From Octopus sinensis (lineage: Eukaryota), in the NCBI RefSeq assembly GCF_006345805.1, contig NC_043000.1:152768001-152832000 (forward strand): 64,000 bases of DNA, given 5' to 3'. Under the pieces are notes generated by a model, which did no database searches, was not told where the DNA came from, and worked only from the letters and a program-made list of their open reading frames with translations. Of the stretch, positions 11,669 through 26,231 are shown one piece after another (the stretch's first letter is position 1; every line of letters starts with the position of its first letter). The translations under genes and the position numbers were made by a program.

Positions 11669-12085
11669 GGCGCAGGAGTGGCTGTGTGGTAAGTAGCTTG
11701 CTTACCAACCACATGGTTCTGGGTTCAGTCCCACTGCGTGGCATCTTGGGCAAGTGTCTTCTGCTATAGCCCCGGGCCGACCAATGCCTTGTGAGTGGAT
11801 TTGGTAGACGGAAACTGAAAGAAGCCTGTCGTATATATGTATATATATATATATGTGTATGTGTGTGTGTGTGTTTGTGTATCTGTGTTTGTCCCCCCTA
11901 GCATTGCCTGACAACCGATGCTGGTGTGTTTACGTCCCCGTCACTTAGCGGTTCGGCAAAAGAGACCAATAGAATAAGTACTGGGCTTACAAAAGAATAA
12001 GTCCCGGGGTCGATTTGCTCGACTAAAGGCGGGGCCCCAGCATGGCCGCAGTCAAATGACTGAAACAAGTAAAAGAGTAAAAGAG
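11669..12085 (+). mobile_element. SINE family A (tRNA head, CORE-like block, internal microsatellite). Other copies about 1721-2091(+), 5010-5145(+), 6330-6545(+), 23408-23806(-), 24748-25190(+), 27403-27813(-), 33150-33626(-), 39675-40082(-), 41860-42080(+), 48232-48710(-), 56868-57296(-), 61071-61479(-)
   Basis: Near-identical copies; A/B-box head (TGGCTGTGTGG...GGTTCAGTCCC), CCTTGGGCAAGTGTCTT CORE-like motif, (AAAAGAGT)n tail. Confidence 0.9.
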
Positions 12086-12211
12086 TATATATAATTATAT
12101 ATTGATAGAAATGGTAAGACAACAAAAGAATGAAAGAGACCTCGGTATTATGTAAATAGAGGAATTTATCTGTAAACGTAATATGTGACAATTATTCGGT
12201 AGTCATGATAA

Positions 12212-12450
12212 AATTCCGATGATGCCCTCGCCTTAACCACAAATACCAATGGACCAGCAGAGGATCGGTTTAGGAAGGACATTATCCATTTGATGAAAAC
12301 CTTCGGACTTAGCACAACTACAGACAATAACCTGACGGTTGTCAATTTCCTAGATGTATCTTTAGATCTAAATATGAACATTTATAAGCCTTATAGGAAG
12401 CCCAGCGATAGACTTAGTTATATTAATGTGGGTTTCTGCCATCTCCCTAT
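12212..12450 (+). mobile_element. Penelope-like element reverse transcriptase fragment
   Basis: SDDALALTTNTNGPAEDRFRKDIIHLMKTFGL...VVNFLDVSLDLNMNIYKPYRKPSDRLSYIN matches the PLE RT pattern (DD...NFLDV.L...YKPY.KP...YI). Confidence 0.8.
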
Positions 12451-12717
12451 AGCGTAGTTTTCTATAAAAACGGAACGTGTGTGTGTGTGTGTGTGTGTGT
12501 GTTGTGTGTGTGTGCGTGTGCGTGCGTGCGTGCAAATATATATTTACAGATGGCATATACGTACATACGTGCGCACATACATGCAAGCACGCACACGCGC
12601 GCGCACACATACGTTTATAAAAGAAAAGAAGATCAAAGGCTTTTCCCGAGGCAGGGGCTGGTAAGGTCTGTTTCCTGCATTCTATATCGTATATATTTCC
12701 CACCTTTTAGGCCGGAT

Positions 12718-13228
12718 GCGAAATTTTTTCCCACGAGAGTTCCGGACCCCAGTAATGAATTCATTTGCATACACCCAATCAGAGCTCACCTTGACCGTGT
12801 CGAGTTAACAAACACACTCTACCAAGTAAACTCAAGAATGGTGTTGTAAGTCGACCGATCGCCAAGTTATGCCTGATTATAGAAGGGGAGAAGTAATTAG
12901 ATAGATTTGCATCTATACCTATTATCGGATTTTGTTATGACCCCATATGGTAAAGATGTGAATGGGGAAAATGTGGGTAGAGGGTGATGTGCTAGCAACT
13001 TACTATTTTACAAAGTAAACAACTTCACAAATAACTACACAGTGACAGCCAGGGTTCAAACAAGAACAAGAACAACAAGCATTATCCAAAGAGAAAAGAA
13101 GCATGGTCATTCCTTGCCCAAGTGACCTTATCTTATCGTCCATCACTTGTTATGCGTTCAAAAATTAGCTTTGATAGTTGAGCTCTGATTGGCTGTGTCC
13201 GGAACTCTCGTGGGAAATAAAATTTCGC
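12718..13228. mobile_element. MITE-like element with interrupted terminal inverted repeats
   Basis: GCGAAATTTT(T)TCCCACGAGAGTTCCGGAC...CCAATCAGAGCTCA is mirrored at 13179-13228. Confidence 0.6.
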
Positions 13229-13488
13229 GAGCGGGACGCCGTTTTCTCGTAGAATTACTCACTTTCGAAAGTTGAATGGACTGGAGCCATGCGAAATGCA
13301 TCGAATTGTTCGAGAACACAAAATATTGTCCGGTCCACGAATCGAAACTACAATCATACGATCATGGGTGCACGAAACTACCCGCCTCCACACACAAACA
13401 CACACGCACACACACACACACACATACATACATACATACATACATACATACATGCATGTATATATATATGTGTATATATATATATTTG

Positions 13489-13534
<46 letters not shown>

Positions 13535-14479
13535 TGCATACTGCCTTGCAACCCCTGTCACTAATATTTTAAATTGGCCTGTTGATCGGTAACATGATAT
13601 AATTACCTAATTATGGTAAATATTTATTCATGTTAAGATCTGTTTGGAATATATGTCCAACATTAAAAACAACGAAACAAATGAAAATAAGAAAATAAAA
13701 AAAAAAACTCTACTGTCCTCAAATGTGTAAGATAAATCACCTGAAATTATATACATTGCGACACAAGACATGTACTGTTTGCTTAATTTGTGTCACATGG
13801 TCTCTCATTTTAGTCCCGCCACACATCAAAGATATCCGTCATCGCAATTACAGTTATTTTATTAGTTTCTTTCTCTAATAGTCTCGGTTTTTCTCTCTTC
13901 TCTCGTTTTCTATTTTTGTCTTTGCCCCTCCCTGCATATTTCCCCATCTCTTTCTATAAGAGTCGGACATGTACGGGCCGTGCGCTATTTAATCGTTGTT
14001 TTGCTGTGGTTTAACCCCCAGCCAACCATGATGGATGGACATATTCTCGTAAATGTTTCAGCTATCGCCATCCTACCTTTTCAAACAGGCAATAATATTG
14101 ATTAGTGTGACGTTTGTTTTCCTCTTTGGACAGAGGGTGTGATTTAAGGGAGACGTGGCTTCCATCTTTAGTAATTCAATCGTTCACTGGAAAATATTAG
14201 TGACGCTTGGTGTTGATTAAAATGAATTTAGTTGACAATTCGTATAAATTTGTATTCCTTGATGGGATGATAGAACACAGACCTTCTTTCGGAAAGAGAA
14301 ACACGTTTTTTAATGTGTATCGTAGCAAAATGCATGCGGGATTGAGTTATGTACAGTGTCTGTGTGACTCGTTAAGTACCGTTCCTCCCAATATTTCTCA
14401 TCACTTTGTCCATTGATTTCCAGTTAATACTCTTTTTGGCTGGTTAATACTTTTAACCATAACCTTCCCTCATATGCCA

Positions 14480-14940
14480 AACTTAAACATTTTTAAAGTC
14501 TCTCTGATGAAGTATTTCTCCCGAAACGTCAGTACATACATATAGACATACATACATGCATACACACACACACACACACACACATACATACACACACACA
14601 CACACATATATATATATATGTTCACACGTACCATGTTGAATTTTTGGTGGGTAAAGCTCATAAATGTAAATAAGTTCGAATATCATTGGAAGACGAGTGT
14701 ACTGACGTTTCGAGAGAAGCACTTCGTCAGAGAGACTTTAAAAATGTTTAAGTTAGCTTTTAACGTGTAGCTTTGGCGTGTGAGGGAAGGTTATGGCTGT
14801 GTGAAGGTGTGTATTGACTAATGACAGACATGCTCCTCAAAATTGTTTGATAAAATGTAACTGGAATCATTGAAAAGTTGGTTTGTTATTTTCATTGGGA
14901 AATATGTACATTTCTTAGAGATATTTCTAGGTCCCTCTGA
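14480..14940. mobile_element. Penelope-like remnant: inverted ends with hammerhead-like cores
   Basis: About 55-bp inverted repeat (14480-14536 / 14699-14754) carrying CTGA[TC]GAAG...CGAAACGTCAG. Confidence 0.5.
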
Positions 14941-15970
14941 TGAGATGATAATCAATAATTCTCCTGTTAATCAATGAAATTCATTTGCGTCAGATATCAC
15001 TGAGTTGTAAAACTGACTTAATTGTCTGTTATTAATAAGGTTAATACTGCAATTAATTAAAACATTCACAAATGAAATTATTTCGATTATACACATTGAA
15101 GAAACCTTAATTATGTCTCATCCAATTGAAATACCATTTTTAGTTGTCATAGTAACTTGATTTGGTATACATTTTCGCACTTTCGTGGATTCTTTTTCTC
15201 ACGATACTTTTTACTGTCTCTTTAACGCTTGATCTTTCTCAAGATCTCAACTTTTCTATTAAACATATTTGCACCCACAAAAGAGCCTCTATCTGGTCAT
15301 TTGACCTGCTAGAAATATTTATCAAATCTCACTCAAATGTTAAAGAAAAGGAAGAACAGTATGTTTGGAAATAGAATATATGGTGTTCGGGGTAATTTGA
15401 CGATAGTTTACGTCCTCTTTTACAGAAACAGCTTCATGTATTGGGGAATAGTCAACGACGTTGGAAAGCATAAAGTTTAGAATTGTGCTGAGGAAAAGTT
15501 AGCTGGCATGGAAGAATGGAAGCCATCTGAATATTGGGAAAAAGTTACCTGTACCATGATGATTCGCATCGGATATTAAAATGCCAACGTTATAAGTGCT
15601 GCCTAATGTTCTATGAACACTGTAAAGGCAGTAAGACGTAAGATAGACAACTGCAACATGAAATATCTTAAAGATTCTCAGTACAAATTTTAAAACTTCC
15701 ATAGTACTTGATGAAGCGAGCTTCCATACTGGGACAACCCTTTTTTTCAGCTTTTTGAGTTGGGTGTAAAGAATTTCTAACTAATGTTTAGTATACACTT
15801 TAGACACGTCTGGTGAAATCTCTCCAATATTTTGTTGTGATATCAAAAGGGTTAAATGAATCAGAGATGCAAAGCTTGGCGATGTATTCCAAGTCTATGT
15901 ATGTATGTATGTATGTATGTATGTATGTATGTATGTATGTATGTATGTATGTATGTATGTATGTATGTAT

Positions 15971-16014
<44 letters not shown>

Positions 16015-16084
16015 AAACATATTTATGTGTATATACATATATGTATTATATAGGCATGCATATATACATATATATATACATACA

Positions 16085-16118
<34 letters not shown>

Positions 16119-16168
16119 CGTACATACATACATACATACATACATACATACATAATGCACTCTCTCTC

Positions 16169-16209
<41 letters not shown>

Positions 16210-16717
16210 TATATACTTTATTAAAAAACAGCAAAAATATTACAAAAACTGTTAGAGTTTCACGTCCCCGTTCGTCGGACGAACTGGAACCTTGTTTCGA
16301 ATTTATGTGCTTACTCTGGTATATATATATATATATGCATTTATATGTATGTATGTATATATGCATTTATATGTTAATAGACAGGCATGCATATATTTAT
16401 GTATGTATGTATGTATATGTAAAAAAATACAAACTGGGACAAGAACGCAAAACATTCAGAAGACGATACAAAAAACACGGACGGGACATTCGAAGCCTTC
16501 AATCTTCAGTCAAGAACCGGATCATACATATATATATACATCCATGCATGCATACATACATATATACATACATACATACATACATACATACATACATACA
16601 TACATGCATGCATACATACATACATACATACATACATACATACATACATACATACATACATACATACATACATACATACATACATACATACATACATACA
16701 TACATACATACATACAT

Positions 16718-17199
16718 AATTATATTATATATATATGTGTGTGTGTAAAGAGGAAAGAGGCGAGCGATGCATAAATAAAGCAATTTATAACAGAGACATG
16801 TATAGGGAGAGGTTGTGAACTATAAGATAAACGGAACAAATTTGTACTTACATATTTTAATATGTTGATACGTTCAATAATATTCCGTCGTCTGCATTGC
16901 TCAGACAGTCATAACTAAAATAACGCCACCCAAAAGACCTTTCCTTCTAATCTTCCTTCTTCCCTTCTTTCTTTTCCACTCCATTTCTGTTTACTGTATT
17001 TTCTTATCTCCTCCATATCCCCTTCCCAGTAATCCACCGGCTTAAATTTCACCTCCCCTCTACCTTCATATTCCGCCTATATGTCTTGGCAATTTATATC
17101 AAGACGGGTCAAAGTTCAAGCCATTATGTATGTATGAATGTATGTATGAATGTATGTATGTATGTATGTAGTATGTATGTATGTATGTATGTATGTATG

Positions 17200-17233
<34 letters not shown>

Positions 17234-17346
17234 TGTATGTATGAATGTATGTATGTATGTATGTATGTATGAATGTATGTATGTATGATGTATGTATGAA
17301 TGTATGTATGTATGTATGTATTTATGTATGTATGTATGTATGTATG

Positions 17347-17380
<34 letters not shown>

Positions 17381-17673
17381 TGTATGTATGAATGTATGTA
17401 TGTATGTATGTATGTATGAATGTATGTATGTATGAATGTATGTATGTATGTATGTATGTATGTATGTATGTATGAATGTATGTATGGATGGATGGATAGA
17501 TGTAAAGCTGTGTGGCTTAGTGGTAAGTGTGTTGGGCTCACGAATATAAGGTTGTGCGTTCGATTCCTTGACTACTGGACTCCCAGACTGAGTACATGTC
17601 ATTCTTTTTGTAAAACACATTTTATGTTGCTCCAGTCTACTCAGCCCAAAAATGTACCAGCCGAATGATGGTG

Positions 17674-17709
<36 letters not shown>

Positions 17710-19656
17710 CTTCTCTCTCTCCCACTCTCTCTCACTCTCTTTCTTCCCATCAGTGACATTCTAGATGTCCCGCTGGGTGCAAGATGGAAGGGCTGAGTGA
17801 AATTATATAGTGAAAGTAGTGTACATACATACATACATACATACATACATACATACATACATACATACATACATACATACATACATACATACATACATAC
17901 ATACATACATACATACATACATACATACATACATACATACATACATACATACATACATACATACATACATACATACATACATACATACATACATACATAC
18001 ATACATACATACATACATACATACATACATACATACATACATACATACATACATACATACATACATACATACATACATACATACATACATACATACATAC
18101 ATACATACATACATACATACATACATACATACATACATACATACATACATACATACATACATACATACATACATACATACATACATACATACATACATAC
18201 ATACATACATACATACATACATACATACATACATACATACATACATACATACATACATACATACATACATACATACATACATACATACATACATACATAC
18301 ATACATACATACATACATACATACATACATACATACATACATACATACATACATACATACATACATACATACATACATACATACATACATACATACATAC
18401 ATACATACATACATACATACATACATACATACATACATACATACATACATACATACATACATACATACATACATACATACATACATACATACATACATAC
18501 ATACATACATACATACATACATACATACATACATACATACATACATACATACATACATACATACATACATACATACATACATACATACATACATACATAC
18601 ATACATACATACATACATACATACATACATACATACATACATACATACATACATACATACATACATACATACATACATACATACATACATACATACATAC
18701 ATACATACATACATACATACATACATACATACATACATACATACATACATACATACATACATACATACATACATACATACATACATACATACATACATAC
18801 ATACATACATAATTATATTTATATATATATGTGTGTGTGTAAAGAGGAAAGAGGCGAGCGATGCATAAATAAAGCAATTTATAAACAGAGACATGTATAG
18901 GGAGAGGGTTGTGAACTATAAGATAAACGGAACAAATTTGTACTTACATATTTTAATATGTTGATACGTTCAATAATATTCCAGTCGTCTGCATTGCTCA
19001 GACAGTCATAACTAAAATAACGCCACCCAAAAGACCTTTCCTTCTAATCTTCCTTCTTCCCTTCTTTCTTTTCCACTCCATTTCTGTTTACTGTATTTTC
19101 TTATCTCCTCCATATCCCCTTCCCAGTAATCCACCGGCTTAAATTTCACCTCCCCTCTACCTTCATATTCCGCCTATATGTCTTGGCAATTTATATCAAG
19201 ACGGGTCAAAGTTCAAGCCATTATGTATGTATGAATGTATGTATGAATGTATGTATGTATGTATGTATTTATGTATGTATGTATGTATGTATGTATGTAT
19301 GTATGTATGTATGTATGTATGTATGTATGAATGTATGTATGTATGTATGTATGTATGTATGTATGTATGAATGTATGTATGTATGTATGTATGAATGTAT
19401 GTATGTATGAATGTATGTATGTATGTATGTATGTATGTATGTATGTATGTATGTATGAATGTATGTATGGATGGATGGATAGATGTAAAGCTGTGTGGCT
19501 TAGTGGTAAGTGTGTTGGGCTCACGAATATAAGGTTGTGCGTTCGATTCCTTGACTACTGGACTCCCAGACTGAGTACATGTCATTCTTTTTGTAAAACA
19601 CATTTTATGTTGCTCCAGTCTACTCAGCCCAAAAATGTACCAGCCGAATGATGGTG

Positions 19657-19723
<67 letters not shown>

Positions 19724-19843
19724 TTTCCTTCTCTCTCTCCCACTCTCTCTCACTCTCTTTCTTCCCATCAGTGACATTCTAGATGTCCCGCTGGGTGCAA
19801 GATGGAAGGGCTGAGTGAAATTATATAGTGAAAGTAGTGTACA
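16718..19843. repeat. Direct duplication of an approximately 1.0-1.1 kb unit (16718-17826 and 18811-19843)
   Basis: Unique-sequence parts are nearly identical apart from single-base indels and microsatellite length. Confidence 0.95.
17821..18810. repeat. Uninterrupted (TACA)n microsatellite of about 990 bp
   Basis: Read directly; no interruption seen. Confidence 0.98.
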
Positions 19844-20519
19844 TTCTATCTACGATCCTCAATTTCAGTGGTGGTGGTCAATATATACAGGCATGACAGG
19901 ATGAGTGTACGCATGAATGCATGCACCTATGTATGTAATTGTTTCTTTGAGAGTAATTTTAATTCTTCTTCTGATTTCAAAGCGCCTTGCTAAAAATGTG
20001 ACAAAGTATATTTTTGGTAAGCGGGGAAGAGTTCCAGGGATTTGTGAATATATGAATCAGTGGGAACTCATGAACAGACGCATATGTGGATATACTTGCA
20101 TTTATATAATGGGTGTGTATGTATACGAGTGTGTGTTTGCAAGCATGTTATGTATGTGTATGCAAGTTCTCAAGGAAGAGGATGCATCCCCCCTTTACAA
20201 CCAACAAAGAAAAGAAATAAGGAATCCTCGTGCTAACAAGACATAGTTTCGCTGTTGTGGTTTCAAATTTTGGCACGAGACCAGCAAGTTCGTGGGGTGG
20301 GGATAAGTCGATTAAATCAACTCCAATGCTCAACGGGTACTTATTTTATCGATCCTGAATGAATGAAAGGCACAGTCGACCTCGGCAGAATTTGAACTTA
20401 GGACCCAAAGGTGGACGGGATGCCGCTAAGCATTTTGTCCGGCGTAATAACGATTATGCCAGCACGCCGCCTCATTGATTCCCTATAGTAATAACTTCGA
20501 TAAAATTATCAGTTAACAT

Positions 20520-21850
20520 AGGCAGACAGTTGCCAAATTTTGCGATCCCGGGCTTGCCTTGCCTGCCCTGGTACTACAAATGCAGCTAACTCCAGTAGAT
20601 CATTTTTCTTTTCTGTCCTAAACAACATCAGATCTGTTATGTTCGGACTTAGCAGAAGTTTTGATTTGAATGTTCTACCAATGTTCCTTGTGTTGATATG
20701 TACTCAATAACAGGAGAATTGTCTACATTTATATCAGTGCAGTCACCAAATGTCATTGTATATTATTTTAGTAGACATGGGAAGTAGTACCTTGATAATA
20801 TTTTGGGCAGATACTGATCATATTTCATATCTTCCAAAGATCAATATTTCAAGTCGCATCGCAAACGTATAAGTGATTCTCTGTGGTTTTATTTTTTTGT
20901 TTTTGTTTATCTGGTATTTCATTGGTGTCTCTTGCTCTTTGGTTGCAAAATCATACGTTTTGAAACGTGACTTGATGTAACAGCCACTAGTCCAAGAGAG
21001 TTTAGACTTCATGTAAATACTAGCTTCATTAGGTGAACATTTTTGTGATGTGTAGAATGGTTTTTTTTCAGTTCTCTGAGGTACGCTAGGCCATCAATTC
21101 TGTTATCATAAACGAAATTTTTGGGAATCCTACCAACCCATAGGATATTGTTCTTTTCACATTTGAGCACTTGGATAATATATTTATTTTTGCTAGCGTT
21201 GTTTAGCAGGCGTTGTTTGAGTGATACCATACGGTGTATAAAGGCCATCTGAACTAGTCTTCAGCCTCTTGAACCCCTCTTTTTTTCTAAGACGGTACCT
21301 GCTAGTATAATTGTTTATTTAATAGTGTATGCTTGATATCAGGATGTTGTGTGCTTTAATATTTATATAGTTTATATCCTCTATGCAGTAATCAAGTTTC
21401 CGAAATGTTGGTATCAGTACTGTTACTTCAAACTCATAGTTGGATATTAACATGTAAGAGGAAAGCTGCAAGCGCCATATGAAATGTTGTAGTGATAAAG
21501 TAAAGTGAGAAAAGGGATCGTCCTGTTACTGTGTTATAATATTCGACCGCTTGAACTCTACTGTTTAGCCCTTGATTGTCTTTAGTAGATATTTGATAGC
21601 TTTTTTAGGACCCCACTCTATGATTTATTAAAACCTGTAAGATCCTTCAAATTAACTAAATCTATGCACATACTGCAATTATTCAGCCCGTGTCTCTTGT
21701 CTAATGAGAGTTTCTTCCTTTTTCCTCCAACAAAAGCATTTTGAGTGAGCCGTTGACTTTTTTTGTTTTACATTTCCTGAATAAGTAAAAAAATAGTCGA
21801 ATAATTACTTCTGACTATGCCAGTAAATACTAATATTTAATTTGTCGATC
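20520..21850 (-). mobile_element. Decayed R4/Dong-type (restriction-like endonuclease) LINE
   Basis: Fragments homologous to the 43560-44745 copy (HRMVSLKQRLLNNASKNKYI vs CRMVSFRQHLLNNSSKNEYI; FAMRLEI vs FAIQEQE). Confidence 0.7.
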
Positions 21851-23333
21851 CTGGTTAAGTCAAACATAGTGCAATTTGATCTTAGCTAATCGTAATTAAT
21901 CCTAACTATTAATGAGTGATCAGGGACATTCCAGAGTTACTTTGAAAACTATTAGATTGTTCGATATTTATACATTTTTTTTTTTGTGAAATTGTAATTT
22001 TTCGAAGGCATTTTGGTTTTCGATACGGTGTAAAATTGATAAAAGGAATACTGGGGGCGCAGTTTCACTATATTCTTTATTAGACAATTATTTCTTCTAT
22101 CTTGAAAGCTGTTACCGAATTTTATGCCAAAAAGCGAACAAGCTTCAGAAAGAGCTACAGGAGAAACATCCTTGAGAATATACTAGTTCACGAAGAAATG
22201 GTGCAACTTTCTGAAATTTTGTCTGTCAAAGTTTGTTTAGCTTTACTGAAAATGTTAAGCGTATTGGAAACTGATCTCTCCAAAACGGAAGCCGAACTCG
22301 GCAAATTTTGTTCCAAGAAAGTAAAAGTTTTTATCCTGATTGTGCATAATTAATTAACTCCATTTCCATGCAGGTATTGTTTAGGTTAGTCTTCTTCGTT
22401 CAGATTCTTTTGCATAACCCTTGTTGAAGGGATATATTTTGTTAAAACATTAGATATATAGTAAACGTTATATATAGTAAACGTCTTAACCATAGAACGA
22501 AATCGAAGACATAATCTCTTTTTACATGATATTGTTCTGCACCCGTACGACTATGATTAGAGCGATTCAACAAGTCTTAAAACGCTGCATTCCATGCGTC
22601 ATGTCAAAGAAAAGTATACTGAGCTGGATGTGAAGTCATAGTTCCAGTGAGTAGAGTAGCTGATTCACTTAGCAGTAGATTACATACACACACACACACA
22701 CACACATGTACGTACGTATATATGATTGTATGTATATCACTTAATTTAAAACATTGGAATAATACAGAAAATATAATGAGGTTGTATCTATATTAGATTA
22801 TGTTAAGTAATTCCTTAATTTACTGGTCAATTAAATGACAGCTAATACAGCTGTTCGGTATTCAGTAAGTTACACCTTGAATTTCGTTTCATAATTAAAG
22901 TGCAATTTCTTTTTCTTTAAAGTGGTAAATACATGGAGAGCAGCAGAACATTATTGCAGATTGACAGGTATCAGAAGTGAAGTGACATTACTTTAGGCTG
23001 GTGTTTGGAGTGTTCTTGACTTCACGTCCTAGGAGCTTACTTCTACACTACGATAATTTCTTTTCTCATTTGATGTAATTCGATCTAGAAATAGTGTGCC
23101 TAATTAAGCCTAATTTTCTCATAAGTTTAGTATTTTACTGTAATACATACCCCTTCCTTCACGTTCTATTCGCCATGCCACCGCCACTTGCTGCAACAGG
23201 AGCGTGAACTTACAAGTATTTGAAGTGACAGTCTCTCAAACTTATAATGCTTGTGCAGATGATAAGAGGCTAGAGTTTCATTAAAATAGTCATTAATTCC
23301 AAGCATGTCAATAGGTCACAGGTGTTCTGCTCT

Positions 23334-23346
23334 GTTTCTTGGCAAC
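23334..23346 (+). promoter_or_regulatory. Candidate RFX X-box
   Basis: GTTTCTTGGCAAC fits GTYNCY-N-RGYAAC, in unique sequence between the two genes, followed by an AG|GTAAGA donor-like site. Confidence 0.35.
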
Positions 23347-24289
23347 ATGCAACATAACTAGGCAGGTAAGAACAGGTAGGAATAATATTAAAGTTGATAT
23401 TTGGGTAACTCTTTTACTCTTTTACTTGTTTCAGTCATTTGACTGTGGCCATGCTGGAGCACCGCCTTTAGTCGAGCAAATCGACCCCGGGACTTATTCT
23501 TTGTAAGCCCAGTACTTATTCTATCGGTTCTCTTTTGCCGAACCGCTAAGTGACGGGGACGTAAACACACCAGCATCGGTTGTCAAGCAATGCTAGGGGG
23601 ACAAACACAGACACACAAACACACACATACATATATACATATATACGACAGGCTTCTTTCAGTTTCTGTCTACCAAATCCACTCACAAGGCATTGGTCGG
23701 CCCGGCGCTATAGTAGAAAACACTTGCCCAAGATGCCAGGCAGTGGGACTGAACCCGGAACCATGTGGTTGGTTAGCAAGCTACTTACCACACAGCCACT
23801 CCTGCGGTAAATGAAGATCAGTATTACTTTGAAGGTGCCTTTACATATATCGTGTAAATTTGAACATTATACTCAACGAAAGATGGTGCGTTGTAAGGAA
23901 AGCAGATTCAGAAAAAGTTTTTAATATTGCATTCAGCCAGCAGATTCGCTATTCGGTCATGTTCCTGCTTTATAGATTTTTTTCATTCTTTTACTGATTT
24001 CACTCGGTGAACTGATGTTATTTTATCGATACAAACGTTACAAACGAAATTCAAGATGGATTTATTTAAAGGGTTATAATTCGATTGGATCTAAATACCT
24101 AAATACCAAAGGCTCACGAAGCCCTATTTGTTCGATGCACCGCATTTTCTGTTAATCATACTCTCTTATTTAGATATTAACGTATTTAACATATGTTTAT
24201 GTGTGTGCGTTTGTATGTGCATGTGTGTGTGTGTGTGTGTGAGTGTGTGTTTGTATGTGTGTTTGTGTATGTGCGTGTGTGTGTGTGTG

Positions 24290-24373
<84 letters not shown>

Positions 24374-24918
24374 GCTTTACGAAATAACCAGATGGTTCAA
24401 CTCTCGTTTCTATCTCGGAGGTTGTTTGCTCTTGTACAAGTTTATATAGTTTATATATGTATATCGTTAAAAACGATATCAGGTATAAGGGGCCGTTCGG
24501 GAAAGTATAAGGGGCCGTTCGGGAAGGGAGTGGAGTGAAAATAGGAGTAGAAGGAAAAAGGCAATTCGGAGAAGAAAGAGGAAAACTGGAAGTGGGGGTC
24601 GAAGTGTACAAGAATGAGAAAAAGATGGGAAAGAAGGATATAAATGAGACAACAAAGAAGGAGGAGCAGGATAATTCGGGGGGAAAAGAGAGGAAACAAA
24701 AAGCATTGAAGATTCAGAAGCACGTTTGGGGAAATACTGATGAAGTAGGCGCAGGAGTAGCTGTGTGGTAGGTAGCTTGCTAACAAACCACATGGTTCCG
24801 GGTTCAGTCCCACTGCATGGCATCTTGGGCAAGTGTCTTCTACTATAGCCTCGGGCCGGCCAATGCCTTGTGAGTGGATTTGACAGACGGATACTGAAAG
24901 AAGCCTGTCGTATATATG

Positions 24919-24976
<58 letters not shown>

Positions 24977-25881
24977 TGTGTCTGTGTTTGTCCCCCTAGC
25001 ATTGCTTGACAACCGATGCTGGTGTGTTCACGTCCCCGTCACTTAGCGGTTCGGCAAAAGAGACCGATTAAAATAAGTACTGGTCTTACAAAGAATAAGT
25101 CCCGGGGTCAATTTGCTCGACTAAAAGGCGGTGCTCCAGCATGGCCGCAGTCAAATGACTGAAACATGTAAAAAGAGTAAAAAGAGAGTAAAGTGAATGC
25201 GGGTGATTATGAGTGTCCCGGGACATACGGAGGAGGCTGAAAGACGGGTGGTGGTGAGTGAGAGAAGAGGTCGGGAAGGAAGAGGCGAGCTGTGCTGAGT
25301 GTATGAAGGGGGGAAATGGAGAAGGGACGAAGAGAAAAGCCAGACCTTGGTGGAGGTGGAAATATTAATAAAAAAACATAGAGGAAGGACGAATGGGGTT
25401 AACTGTTAACCTCCTAAGTGTCTTTTGAAGAAATAGTGGGGTCAAGGAAATAAGAGAGTAATGCAGCAACGAGTAAGATGTGTTGAAAAGGGGCTGTTTA
25501 AGTTGACATAAATGATGTGCAAAAAATAATTAACGAGCAAAAATATAATTGATATGCAAAAAAATAATTGATGCACAAAAGAGACAAAATAACTAATAAT
25601 AGGGGAGCCCAGCCTCTTCTAAAATACTATTCTTTCCCACCCCTCGTAATTCCTTTTTTTTCTTCCTCCCACTGATCTCTAATCGCACATTATTGTTATT
25701 TTGTTGTTGTTATGTCATTGATGTTAATGTTGTTATTATTGCTATTATGGCCTCTTATAGCCTGGGACTGACTCAGGACATCGAGGACAGTCTCGGTGAT
25801 TTTTTTCTAGGAGATCAACTGGATTTCGACAATTATCAATATATATATATGTATGCATGCACGTATGCATATATGTGTATG

Positions 25882-25945
<64 letters not shown>

Positions 25946-26184
25946 ATATATATATATATATATACAGAATCGCCATTGAATCGCTAGCTTCTGCACGCAT
26001 TTTTTTCTCACCTTGTTTCTCTCCGTGTTTCTTTTCTGTGTATCTTTCTGTCGAAGAGCGTAGGCTCGAAACGTAAAAGACTTGTTTTATTATATTCTGA
26101 GCGCCATACTAATACAATTGTTTGTTTGTACTCCACCTGCCTTCGTCTTTTGTTTATTTTCATAAAGCTTCCCTATATATATAT

Positions 26185-26231
<47 letters not shown>

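Noticed and set aside
17637-18900. ORFs of 350-390 aa (MYVC/HTYI repeats) and dozens of similar short ORFs
   Set aside because: They are translations of (TACA)n, (TA)n and (CA)n microsatellites, which lack stop codons; no coding evidence.
24483-24526. 22-nt direct repeat resembling a CRISPR repeat
   Set aside because: Only two adjacent copies, no spacers, eukaryotic context.
25693-26076. 127-aa plus-strand ORF
   Set aside because: Mostly microsatellite and repeat; no recognisable domain or splice context.
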